This document shows positions 1 to 12,200 of a stretch of DNA of 64,000 nt, one piece after another. The translations under genes were made by a program, and so were the position numbers. Numbering within the stretch: the first letter of the stretch is position 1; the number at the start of each line of letters is the position of its first letter. The notes beneath the pieces were generated by a model. It saw nothing but the letters and a program-made list of their open reading frames with translations. It was not told where the DNA came from and made no database searches. The DNA is from Botryllus schlosseri (Eukaryota), in contig CM119373.1 in the NCBI GenBank assembly GCA_051294905.1, positions 18,600,001-18,664,000 of the forward strand, read 5' to 3'.

Positions 1-19
1 ACACACTTACGAATTTCAG

Positions 20-220
20 TATTACGGTAATGAGTATTGGGTGTCGATTGATTGGTGGGGGACGGTCAGCTTTGCATACGCCCAAACGCAATGTGCAAGT
101 CAATCCGCCGAACTTGTAAGCATTTCCGACGAGGCTCAAGAGACCGAAATAGAGAGACAAGTGGATTACAGGATTCCGACCGATTGGAATGAGGTGATGC
201 TGTGGACTAACGACAGTCAG
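20..220 (+). CDS. Exon: C-type lectin domain, N-terminal half (YYGNEYWVS...SFAYAQTQCASQSAELVSISDEAQ...MLWTNDSQ)
   Basis: ttcag| acceptor and |gtatta donor, phase 0-0; CTLD motif 'AQxxCxxxxAxLVSI'. Confidence 0.8.
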
Positions 221-3200
221 GTATTATAATAATGTAGCCTGGAGTTATGGCATTATTGGACCCACACGATGTATAGCCTGCCATGTACGCTGCAATAACC
301 TATAATTCGAAACAATGAATGGTTCCCCGTACGCAACTTTCAATGCTTATCACAGAGTCCAGGAACGAATGTCATGCTTATTGTATGGAGAGAAGGATCC
401 GGTGGCCCGAATAGCAAGGGGAATTACTCGGCTAGTTACGAAGGTCACGGATACGTGTGTATGAAAGGGAATAACGAACGTAAGAAAACTAACTTTCGAA
501 AACATATGACTCGCAAGCCATATAAGACCCTTTTGATAATATGGCTTTCTAGTAAATCTTCGTTATCTATATAGCTTTAAGTCTATTCAATTTGAAGTGA
601 ACCCGAATATTTTCGGCTGCAACTCGTCAGGGGTAATCGTCCGCAACTAGTACAGACAGGCTAATTTCCAATCCTCTCTAGTTCTCGACTACCCCTAACG
701 GATGTCCAATCGAATATATTGTAATTTGTTTGTTATATTCACATACACTGTGTCGCTTATCGCCTATACAGTCATTTGAGCCACATCTTTGGTTTCAGCA
801 TAGTGCAGTGTTGGGATCAAGTCACTACCTTCGACTCACGAGTCATTTCGAGTCATTGCACATTTTGACTCGAGTCAAGTCAAGTCAAGTCAAGTCACGA
901 GTCAAGTCAAAATTCAAGTCAAGTTGCCTTTTAGAAGTATGAAGCATGATTACGTCATTGCATTTCTGAACCGATGAACGAATATAGAGTTGAATATACA
1001 TGCAATAAGGGGCTGTATCGCTCACATAAACGTAGAACTGTTGAACTACGTAAGTAATTGCATGGCCTCATTTTATAGTTACTAACCAAGACAGAGAATC
1101 GAGAAACGAATTGAGAAGATGCAATACAGTACCCATTTATACATATTGATATGATACAAATCGAGTCTGCGCCAATGGTTGAGGAGTATATAAACTACAT
1201 TCGATTACAATTTCAATCAAACAAGAGGTTCGGTTAAGGTAAGAACAGAGAACACAAATATATATTTTGCTTTCAAATTACTTTACTACTAGTTTACGAC
1301 AACGTAAGCTGTAGCTTCGATCACTTCGTTTGTGGTCAATATCTTAGTGAGAGAATATTGGAGGCTCAGTAAAACGCACGATCATTAAATGATCGGTCGC
1401 TCTCATGGGTTACACAAAAGTTTGGCGAACAATCCGAACAAGATGCAAGATGCAAGAGAAGGTGATTTTTACTTGATGACTTGAAATTGACTTGTGAATT
1501 TTGCTCCGAGTCACGAGTCAATCCACATTTCTGATACGCCGAGTCAAGTCAAGTCAAGTCATTTTAGCAAAGTGACTCGAGTCAAGTCAAGTCATACGAA
1601 AAGGTGACTCGAGTCTGATTCGAGTCAAGTCATGACTCGAGTCATCCAAACACTGGCATAGTGTCATATATGGTGTCGACACAAGCAAATCTCACGGCTC
1701 AGTGAAATTGTATCACGTCACAATTTTCATTTGGCTACAGGCAATTTGACGGTCATTTTGACCGGCTTGCCAAGCATTAAATTTAGTGAAAGGGGTATCA
1801 ATCGAAAGCTGACTCTGCACTGATTACGAAAATATATATTTTATACCGCTCGCGGCCCTGGAACCCCCACAATCAGCCTCGAATTTTTCATTGTTATGGG
1901 GATTGGCATTGAGACGCAACAATGCTGTCTGGCGAAACGAGAGAGTAACGAGAGACTTACTCTCTCGTTTCACCAGACAGCATTGTAACCCGGGCGATGA
2001 GGCGCCTCTCCGACACATGGAAGTTGGTACGAGCAGGGATTCGAACCAATGAGAATGGTGTCGTGACGCCGGGTTTTGACCGTCTGCGCCACTCGCTTCC
2101 CCCGATTTATGTGAATATGCTTTTCAATGATATTTTGAATCTCTGTACCGCCAAGAAGCTCTTTGTAAATTTTCTTTACTTTGTCGTAAATATTAGATAT
2201 GGAATCGGCATTTCAAAAGGATCTGTTTTTAAGTTTGACATTGTACCGGTTTCGACCATATAAACGGAACCATTGGGTACGCCACCGTTAGTAGCGATGA
2301 TTCTGCGCTAGCAATTGCTGCTAGAACATCATGCCACAGAACACATGTGTCACGATTCACGGTTTGATTTGCAAAAACGAAAATGAAGAAGCCTGGATTT
2401 GTCTCGACTACAAAGTTAGGTTTTGTTGTCCGATCGAGGGTAAGAGACAACTTTTTTGATGGCGGATATAACTTCAATTGAATTGCCGACACTTTCCATT
2501 GATATCAGTTATATTAATATTTTAAACCCAAGATCATATCCGTACTGCAGAATTGATGAGTTTCTTTGATTTAGAGTCTCGTTGTAGCGGAGACTCTGAG
2601 TGGACCATCTGGTTTGATGAAGATGATCCGGATGACGAAGGGGATTACGAGGAATTGAGCGATTTAAGGTACTTTTCTCCCAAGCGATTTCCTATTGCAG
2701 TATGCGGAACTGCCCATTCGTTGTAATGTGATACAATTTACAATTTCGAACCGACTATGATTGAAAATTGGGTATCTCGCGGAATATTGGACATTGAGGA
2801 TTGCTGGTTTTATATTTAGAGAAGGGTTCACCAACTTGTAGGCCATGGGCACCTCGAACCATGAGCCTATTTTCAGGGGGCATGACAACATTAATTATCT
2901 TAAAGTCTCACGATAACAACATAAATAAATAAAAACTGAAGAAAAATACTAGCATAGCTATGTGTTACTTTGTAATCTTGAGTTTACTTTCTTTGTTTTT
3001 CATTTAGATTTATTTAGAGTTATATTTGCACTGAACTTCAAAGTCGATGGTGCTTACGCCTTACGCCTTAGAAACTATTGGGAATAATTCGTCTATAGCC
3101 CTATAACCTACGACCCTTGATGCTCTCAGCAAATTAAATTAGCAAAGTATGGGGCCCCACATACATAAATATCTGAACATCATCACGTGAATCCGTGCAA

Positions 3201-6200
3201 ATTTAATATTATCCCGTCGATAAAGGCTCAAATGGCGGATTCAAGATATGGGTCTTGTTAGTTAGGGAGAACGTAGTTCATTGAAATCTAATTTCCGTTC
3301 ATTCGTGGGATTGGTAATATGTTTGGTAAACTTTATTCCGTGATTAGTGATGAGAAAAAACCACTTATGTGAAATATGCATACATCAATGATACGTGTTT
3401 GATGATCTGTGACCATACGTACATATTTCAGAAAGGAGCATAAGGATAAAATATGTAAAGAGCCTTCTGCAGTGCAAGGTCAACTTCTTGACGGTCGGCC
3501 ATGGCATGCGGGGGGCCAGGACGTGGAAATTTCCGAGACGGTGGGGTTGAAATGCAAAAACAAGGATCAAGAAGACGAGATGTGTCTCGACTACAAAGTC
3601 AGGTTTTGTTGTCCGAGCGACGGTGAGAGACTAATTTTTCGATGGCGAATGCAACTTGAATTGAGTTACCTATACTTTAAATTGATATCAGCTGACGTCA
3701 TATTTCGAGATGCGATTGTTGATATACTATGTTCTTTCCAATTCTCTACTGGTTGCTGATGATTACCCCTGACGAGTGCCAGCCGATAACATTCGGGTTC
3801 ATTTCAATATGAATATACTATTCAATTGTATAATGAAGTTCTGTACCTCCAAGAAGCTCTTTAAATATCAGCTAACAATATTTTAAAACCCAAGATAACA
3901 TCCGTATTGCGGAATTGGCGAGTGTATTCGCTTTAGAGGCTCGTTGTAGCGGAGACTCCAAGTGGACCATGTGGTTTGATGAAGATAATCCAGATGGAAA
4001 AGGAGATTACGAGGAATTAAGTGATTTAAGGTAGGTTTTTCTGATCGATTTCATTTGCACCTTGTGCAACTCCAAATTAGTTGTAATGTGATACAATTTG
4101 CTCTTTCAGGCTGACTATAACTGAAAAGCTTTTATCCATGGACATTGAGAATGTTCAGATTTTATATTTAGGACAACCTGCAGGCCGTGGACACCTCGGG
4201 GGCCACGAGCCATTTTCAGGGGGCATGAGACAATGTGTCATCTTAAAGTCTAAAAACCCACGTTAACGAAAGAAGGAAATTAAAATTGAATAAAAATACT
4301 AGTATCTACCTCTGATGCTCACAGCGCACTAAATTAGGAAAACATGGCGCTGGTCCTACAACCTTACATACATAAATATTTGAACATCATTACGTGAAGC
4401 CATGCAAGTTATATACATAGGCGCCGAGTTACGGGTGGCGGGGTGGCGCAGCCACCCCATGACACATTTATGGGGTGGCGGCCACCCCATACAATTAGAA
4501 TAAACGCCCGCCGTCTGCGATTTCAAATCATCAGCGCTGTCAATTAGCGAGTCCGTGATAGCGCGCAAATGCCAACTATTTAGCATTAACAGTCACGCGC
4601 GCGAATATTTGAACACGCAACTTCGTCGGCGACGACGAACTAGTGCTTTAAAACGGCCCAATAAGTTGTGATCCGTGATTAGTAATCATGCAGACAATCG
4701 AAGCAACCTCGTTTACGACGTCGATTTCGACACGCTGGCGCTGAGAAACACCATCTTCTATCTCGACCAGAGGAGCGAATTCACGTTCTCATCTCTTAAT
4801 TAAATTGTATTTGCGCCCATATTCGTTTACAAAATAATTCTCGTAGTTCCGTGATAGTCTCTTTAATTGGAGGCTTGGAGCGCGAAATAGGACATTGTGT
4901 TTGTGTATGCCTGCGAATTGAAAGTCATTCCGGCGCAAAGTGCGCATAATCATCACTTTAACAAAGCTTTGCCAAGCCAAGTTTTATCGGAAAATGCAAC
5001 AATGCAGCTCAAACCTCGTTATAATGAGCAAACAATCGTCGCGATGTCAGACTAGGACAGTGGTTCCCAACCTTTTTGTCTTCATTCCCCACTTCAGATT
5101 TACTCCGAGCCTTCATTCCCCACCAGGACCGTAACAGCTCTTTGTCAGCCCTCCCAATAAAAATCGTTGGTCTTGGGCCCCCAGGACCCCCTCAACCCCG
5201 CTGAGCCCTACGCTTTTCCCTGCTACTTATCAGCTGCATCGGGTCTACTGTTTAGCGCGTCGCCTTACTACGACTAAACGCGCGAGGCGCGAAAAATTTA
5301 TCTAATTCGTGTTTGAATCGGACAATATGATCGGGAATTTCATATATTTAGCTATCAATTTTTCATCCCCCCTCAGCTCACGTAATCAGATTTACTGGTA
5401 GAGCTGAGGGAGGTGTGTTGGAAAACGTAGGACCCCTAAATAAGAATTGAACATCTTCGGGCGGACCAGTTGGTATATTGACTTCGTTACATTATGCTAT
5501 TTCGTGACCTCCTATATCTGTTATGTCAGGAGATATGGAATCGCCAAAACTAAAAGGCACACACGATTTCAAATTGGTATTGCTTTACTGGCAAATCATT
5601 TTTCCTGCGGGATGGCATTTGTCCTGTGTGGTTCAGATCGCATTGACAGGAGCATTCGGCGTCAGCCATTTAAAGCCAGCCAATTAAACATATATATTGT
5701 ATATATATATCGAAGTTTTGGGTCACCACAAGGGCATCCCTTCTCGGCCAAGGTCTTCTCGTTGCTGATCGTTCTGGTACACTTCTCGGAGATGCATGTC
5801 ACATGGCCTATAACTTCATATGCCATGGTGCGTCGTAGCGCAGCAATGGCCGACACCGAGGTCTCCATTTCTATCAATTCTACGTAGTTTCGTGGGGGAA
5901 GGGTAACCAATAATCAGATATTTGGCAATATTAAATCGCGCACCCAGCGCGAAATTTTTTCGAAAAAGTGGCATAAATTTTTAAAAAATACTTTAATTTA
6001 TGTTAATTCACGTAAGAATTTCGGGCCCCTTCGAGCTCGCCCCCTCCCCAATTGGGGGATTTGGGGTGCGGAAGTTACGGTCCTTTTCCCCACTACCCAG
6101 CACTTTTGTCGTCACAGAGCAGCTATTTGCTGGTTTGACTACACAAGACACACAACCACACCAGTACGCAAGACAATCGCCTATAACTGCAACATAAAAC

Positions 6201-9200
6201 GAATTGTGAACCGATACCAGTAACGCTCATAATTTCGCGAAATCGTTATTTCACGTCCAATTAGTCGTGCTGGATGCGTTTGTGACGCCATCATTGGCCA
6301 TCCAGAGTCAAAAATGAGGTATTGTGAACAACACGCAATATAATTTTCGATACATACATTCCAGAGCAGTTAACTGGTAGCGGTAATTGCGCATGTGTCT
6401 CCGTGAATATGTCGACTGACCTGTATATAATTTTGAACAAATGCGTCTATTCCCCACCAGAAAGCATTGAATTCCCCACCAGTGGGGAATTCCCCACCGT
6501 TTGGGAACCACTGGACTAGGAAGATCCAAGTTGGAACCCCATTGTGCTGTACGCAAGTTGAATAATTACTGATTAGATGCGCGCTTTCTCGTTTGCTATC
6601 ATCTGTAGGCTACTAATACTTGTCTGTATGATTTGTTATTAATACCGCGCATTGTGCAGTGCACGGCGTTGAATTACGTTGTCAAATATTGATGCAACAC
6701 GAGCTTCTCGGCGGCGCAAATTCTGAATTTATTCGATTAGTTTTAATGGGAACCTTCTATGTTCCAATAAACTTCAATGCTGGACGGACCCTGTTGAGCT
6801 AGCGCAGGGGTGGGCAAACTTTTGAGCTCGCGGGCCGCATTCAACATCTAAATTCATTCGCGGGCCGCATTATATAAAATTGAGATTAATAGTGAGGACA
6901 TGGAGATTATATATGTTCCTATTTGAAACAAAACAAACATTGCTTTGATGATATCGTACACACGTCAGAAACATGGAGAGATTTCATTGGCTGGTCGACT
7001 TCAATAACCAATTTGTCAAAACTATATAGATGAAAATCGGTTGTCCCGATTCTTAGAACAGGATTGGAATTTAAATCTATGAGCAGCGATCTGTTCATAG
7101 ATTTACTAATTCCACTTTTGGTTCAGTTCCAGGACACACAATACTCACAGCATCATAACCATGTTAGCATCAAACACCCATCTACGATGTGTGGATAAAA
7201 TATAAATACCCCAATTCTACACATACAGAGAACGAATCTACCTAAGACACGCGTAAATCGTTTGTATAAGCACATCACTGAAATAATTAGAACTGAAGTT
7301 ATCCGAGTTATCCGAGTTACATCAATCTCGTTTAGGATTTCTGTGATGTTTAGTATATAGTTGAAACCTTTCAAACCGCGTGGGCCTTGAGATCGGGCTG
7401 TCGCGCCAGAAATTAAACATAAAGTAAGGAAGTATTTACCTTAAAATAGTGGCTCTCAAACTTTTTGAGACACGCCCCCCTTATGATGGTGAAAAATTTC
7501 GCGCCACCCTTATCTTCATATCACAAAACGCAACTATAGGGTGCTAGCAAACCTAACAGATAGTTAGATGGCACGGAAGGTTACGAATGTGGATCAGGAA
7601 TTTTTCAATATGAAATTTAGACTAAATACACAGCAACAATCATGACGTGAACGAGAATCGCGCGAAGCGCGAAAAATTTTTCAGTGGAGGGGGCGCACCC
7701 CAGTTTTAGAACCACTGTCTTCAAATTATCATGGTGAAATAAACTAAGAAAAAGTTTATTGAAGTCCCCGCATTTATTCGATTTTTAGTACGGATTTTAT
7801 CAATATTTTGAAAAAGTTTCTTTAGACTCTCGCGGGCCGCACAGAACGGTGTGGCGGGCCGCATGCGGCCCGCGGGCCGTAGTTTGCCCACCCCTGAGCT
7901 AGCGCAATCATATCGCGGATCGAATTCCAAACCTTTGGGATACGGTATGTATTTCTATTGATAAGGTCGCGGCATGCGCCCATATTGCTCTTACTGTATA
8001 ACACGTGGATAATTAAAAGCGCACCATTTTACGATCAAAGTCGACTGGCTGACCGGAGCCTACGTAGGCCGTAGGTCCCGGGCTGAAATTAACTAGCGCG
8101 TTGTCGGCATTAAGACCCCAGGTGCGTAGCCACTAGCCAGGTAGTTTCTCATTCATAACTAGAAATCCCGTCCTTTTGAAATGCCAATTCACAAATTCGT
8201 ATTATCGATGCTGCGTACTGCAAATCAGCGAGAATCATTTGTATGCGAAATTGGTCATCGATATCTCATGTGCTATTGTGCGTGCGACGTGCGTGCACTA
8301 TCGGCGGTGGTTTGATTTAACGCGTCTGCATGTAGGCTCGCTACCGTCCGCAGATACACTTTCTCCAAACGGTAACAATTTCTGACTGTAATATTGTTTG
8401 TGTTTACGTATCTTTTTGATTAAAACTTATGCCCGCGTCTGCACAAATTGTGCTCGTTGCCATTGCCGAATCTGGGTATTCAGGTATGATTAGCCCACTC
8501 TGTAATTGTAATTATTGCAGGTTTGCGGCATGTCTGCAATTTCGTTATCAGCGCAATCTTGCCGGCCGATTTTACAGTCCAATAAAATTGATCACTACTA
8601 TGTATTTCGCACAGCGTAGGCCTACCGAGGCTGATTTCAGCAATCTAACGATCCTTATTTGATGCACAAATTCGACATCATCTTTAGAAACGTAGATTCG
8701 GAACATTATCGCGATTTGACGACCAATATACGTTTACCTTCTACAAATTAAGGTGCATTATTTGCATCGAGGCGGGCCGCAAGCTGCGTTTGAAGTATTT
8801 TGTGAACCATTTTTGTGATAAATATTCTCGGAGCGAAAAGTTGAACAGTGTTTAATTTTGTGTGCCTGCTAGTTGGAGTTTATTCCAGTGCCCTTGATAT
8901 TAATCCAATTATGCTTTGCGAACGTAAATCGGGACATGCAACAATGCAGTCGAAATCGATGTTTTGAATAGCAACCAATTGCCGCGATGCGAGCTACTCA
9001 ATACTAAGTAAAAACCCACTGTGTTGGCGGTAAGGGAAAATTACTGATTGACCACGCGTGTTTGTATCATAATTCTTGTCTATCTCTCGTGTTCTAGGAT
9101 TGTCGCGTCGCGTTACTGCTCAGTCCAGCGACGAATGCCGAGTGCGCGGCAATTAATGACACAATTTCGCAATCGTCGTGATGCGAATCTCGCTAATTGG

Positions 9201-12200
9201 TCGCGGCCCACGTAACACTAATAATACGACTTGTGGAATTGAAACTGAATATTAGCGTCATAATGGTCATTTCAAAAGGACGGGGTTTTGTGTTTCAAAA
9301 GGAGGGGGTCTCGACACCCCCTGGCTACGCGCCTGCCGCCACCCCATGCAAAAATAAAAGCCGGCGCCTATGTATATATATTTACGTCGATAAAGGCTCA
9401 AATTTCGAAAAAAATGAATTCAGGATTTTGGGTTTTATTAGGGGTCTGTAGTTCATTGAAATCTAATTTCCATTCATTCGTAGGCCTGTTAATATTCTTG
9501 GTGTCCTTCATTCCGTGGTTAGTGATGGGAATGAACCTATTATGAAAAATACGCTCTCACCAATGATACATGGCTGGTGGTCGGTGACCATACCTACTTA
9601 TTTCAGAAAGGAACATAAGGATAAAATATGTAAAGAACCTTCCGCTGTGCAAGGTCAACTTCTTGACGGTCGGCCATGGCATGTGGCAGGTCAAGACGTG
9701 GAAATTTCCGAGACGATGGGGTTGAAATGCAAAAACAAGGATCAAGAAGACGAGACGTGTCTCGACTACAAAGTCAGGTTTTGTTGTCCGATTAAAGGTA
9801 TGGCAGAAGCATCGCAAAGACTATTATACGTTGAATTGGATAATTAAATGATTTAAGTTGCATCAGCTTTCAATATTTGGATTCCAAGATCACTATATCG
9901 TATAGTAATGCGTCATTAGTTTATATTGTGTATATTTGCTTCAGAGCCTTCCTGTAGCGGAGATTCCGAATGGACCATGTGGTTTGATGAAGATAATCCA
10001 GATGACAAAGGAGATTATGAGGAATTGAGCGATTTAAGGTATGTTTTCAAACGATTTCATATTGCAGTAGGCGGCACTACACATTTATTGTAATGAGATA
10101 CAATCTGCAATTCCGTACTGGTTACGATTGAAAAGAGGGCAATTCATGTACATTGAGATATTTCAGATTTTCTATTTAGAGCGAGGTTTACCAACCTTTT
10201 GGCCGTAGACCCCTCGGGGGCCATGACGTTTTTTCAGGGGCATGAGAAAATTTATCATCAGAACATCAGCCTCGAATTTTCGTTGTGACCGATGTGGCTT
10301 ATTGACGCAACGTCGCAGTCTGGCTCCTTATACTCAGCTGGAATCTCGTATTGCCAGACAGAATCGTTGCGATCACTATTCAAAATTTGTGGCTGATTTT
10401 TGGGGTTCCAGGGCTATGAGAAGAATAAAATTCATATTTTCGTAATCAGCAAAGCAGCAGCTTTCCATTGATGCCCACTTCATCAATTTTAGCACTTGGC
10501 AAGCCGGTCAAAAATAGTTGTAAAATTGCCTTTGGTCAAATGAAAAGTATGACGTAACACAATTGCAGTGAATCGTTCAGTCTCGCTGTGTCCACACCAT
10601 TTAGGACACTATTGCCCGAGCGGCTCGGAAGGATTTGATTGACATCTCCGAGAGCCAGGGTCGACAGATTTTATTGTGCCAAATAGCAGCAATGAATACT
10701 GACAGTCAGAGACGTGGTACTGAACAATCTGTATCAAAATGTATAATACGCAATAGGTATAAAGAAATTGAAAATCTGCTAATGTTTCTCGGCTATCTGC
10801 TACCTAATAGTAATTTTGTTTGCTTCTTTGGCATTGTCCTAGACATCTACTTACCATCACCGAACCCCAGCTATTTCAAGAAAAGCGTGGATGGCATTAC
10901 GTCATGCCGCAGTCTGTCGAGTCTGAGCTTAGGCTTATAACCAAAGTATCATTTGTGGTGTGGACACCAGCAAATCTCACGGTTCAGTGAAATTGGGCTA
11001 CGTCACACTTTCCATTTGGCTGAAGGCAATTAGATAGTAATTTTTGACCGGCTTGCCGAGCATTAAATTTGATAAAACGGGTATCAATCGAAAGCTACCG
11101 CGGTATTGATTGCGACAATATGAATTTTATTCTGCGGCTCGTCCTGGAACCCCACAAAATCAGCCTCGAATGTTAGATTGTAACGGAGTTTGGTAGTGTG
11201 ACGCAACTATGCCGTCTGAGCACTGAGCAGCTCAGGAGCAATTACGCACGAGAGTAATACTGTGAATGCTCAATCGGTTCGGCAACGATGACGAATACGC
11301 TTTCTGTTCCCAGATGGAATTGTTGTGTCACAATACTGTATGCGTGTGATTGAAATTCATTGTTTCCTCCAAAGCAGTGCATGGTTCCTGACCTTTTCCC
11401 ATCCACGTATCATTTCGAGGTAGTATGTAGTTTTCGCGTACCGCCTACATAGGTTACGCGCATCGAAGGCGGTCAAAAAACGCTTCCACCGTGTTGAGCT
11501 GCCGACGGCAGCGAAACAGAAAATAAACTGCCCATTTTAAGGCGTGGTATATGATTTCTGTAGTGGATCCATTTGGAACTCTTGTGGTCAAATATATTAC
11601 ACGGAATTTGGTTAAGTAAGAATCCCAGTGCTTTACGACTAGATCTTTTCCTCGTAGGCCGTCATTGGTAGCATTGCCCCTACGCACGACGACGACCTTA
11701 CCACGACGACGACGGCTTCAAAACCTCAAAATCAACCCCACCTGAACTAATTACTCCCTTCGGTCGAAAAAAAACAGAATTTACTTGCGTACCACCTGGA
11801 AGAACTTCGCGTACCACAGGTTGGAAACCCCTGCTCCAAAGTCCTTGCGAATATTTATCACAAATGCAACAATTCAGCGCAATTTGTTGTTATAATTAGC
11901 AAACAATTGCCGCCATGCTAGCTACTCAGAACCTCGTTGTGTTCGACGTAATTGACGGATTGCTGATTGGATGCGCACTTTCACGTTTGTTGTTATTTGT
12001 GGTATTCATGGTTGTTGTTGTTGGTATGGAATTTTGGTGCTCGTCAGCAATGGCCTTGTGCACCAGGTCAATTAGTTATATATGCATTATTCCATTAAAT
12101 CTCTCTTCCGGACAACAAAACAAATTCTATTGCCGAGGATATCGTGGCGGGATGGGTCAGTATGTTATCTATGCAGAAACGCACACCGTGTTCGGTATTC

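Noticed and set aside
806-1655. AGTCA repeat arrays as CRISPR or satellite
   Set aside because: No repeat-spacer structure; they are subterminal repeats of a TSD-flanked MITE in a eukaryotic locus
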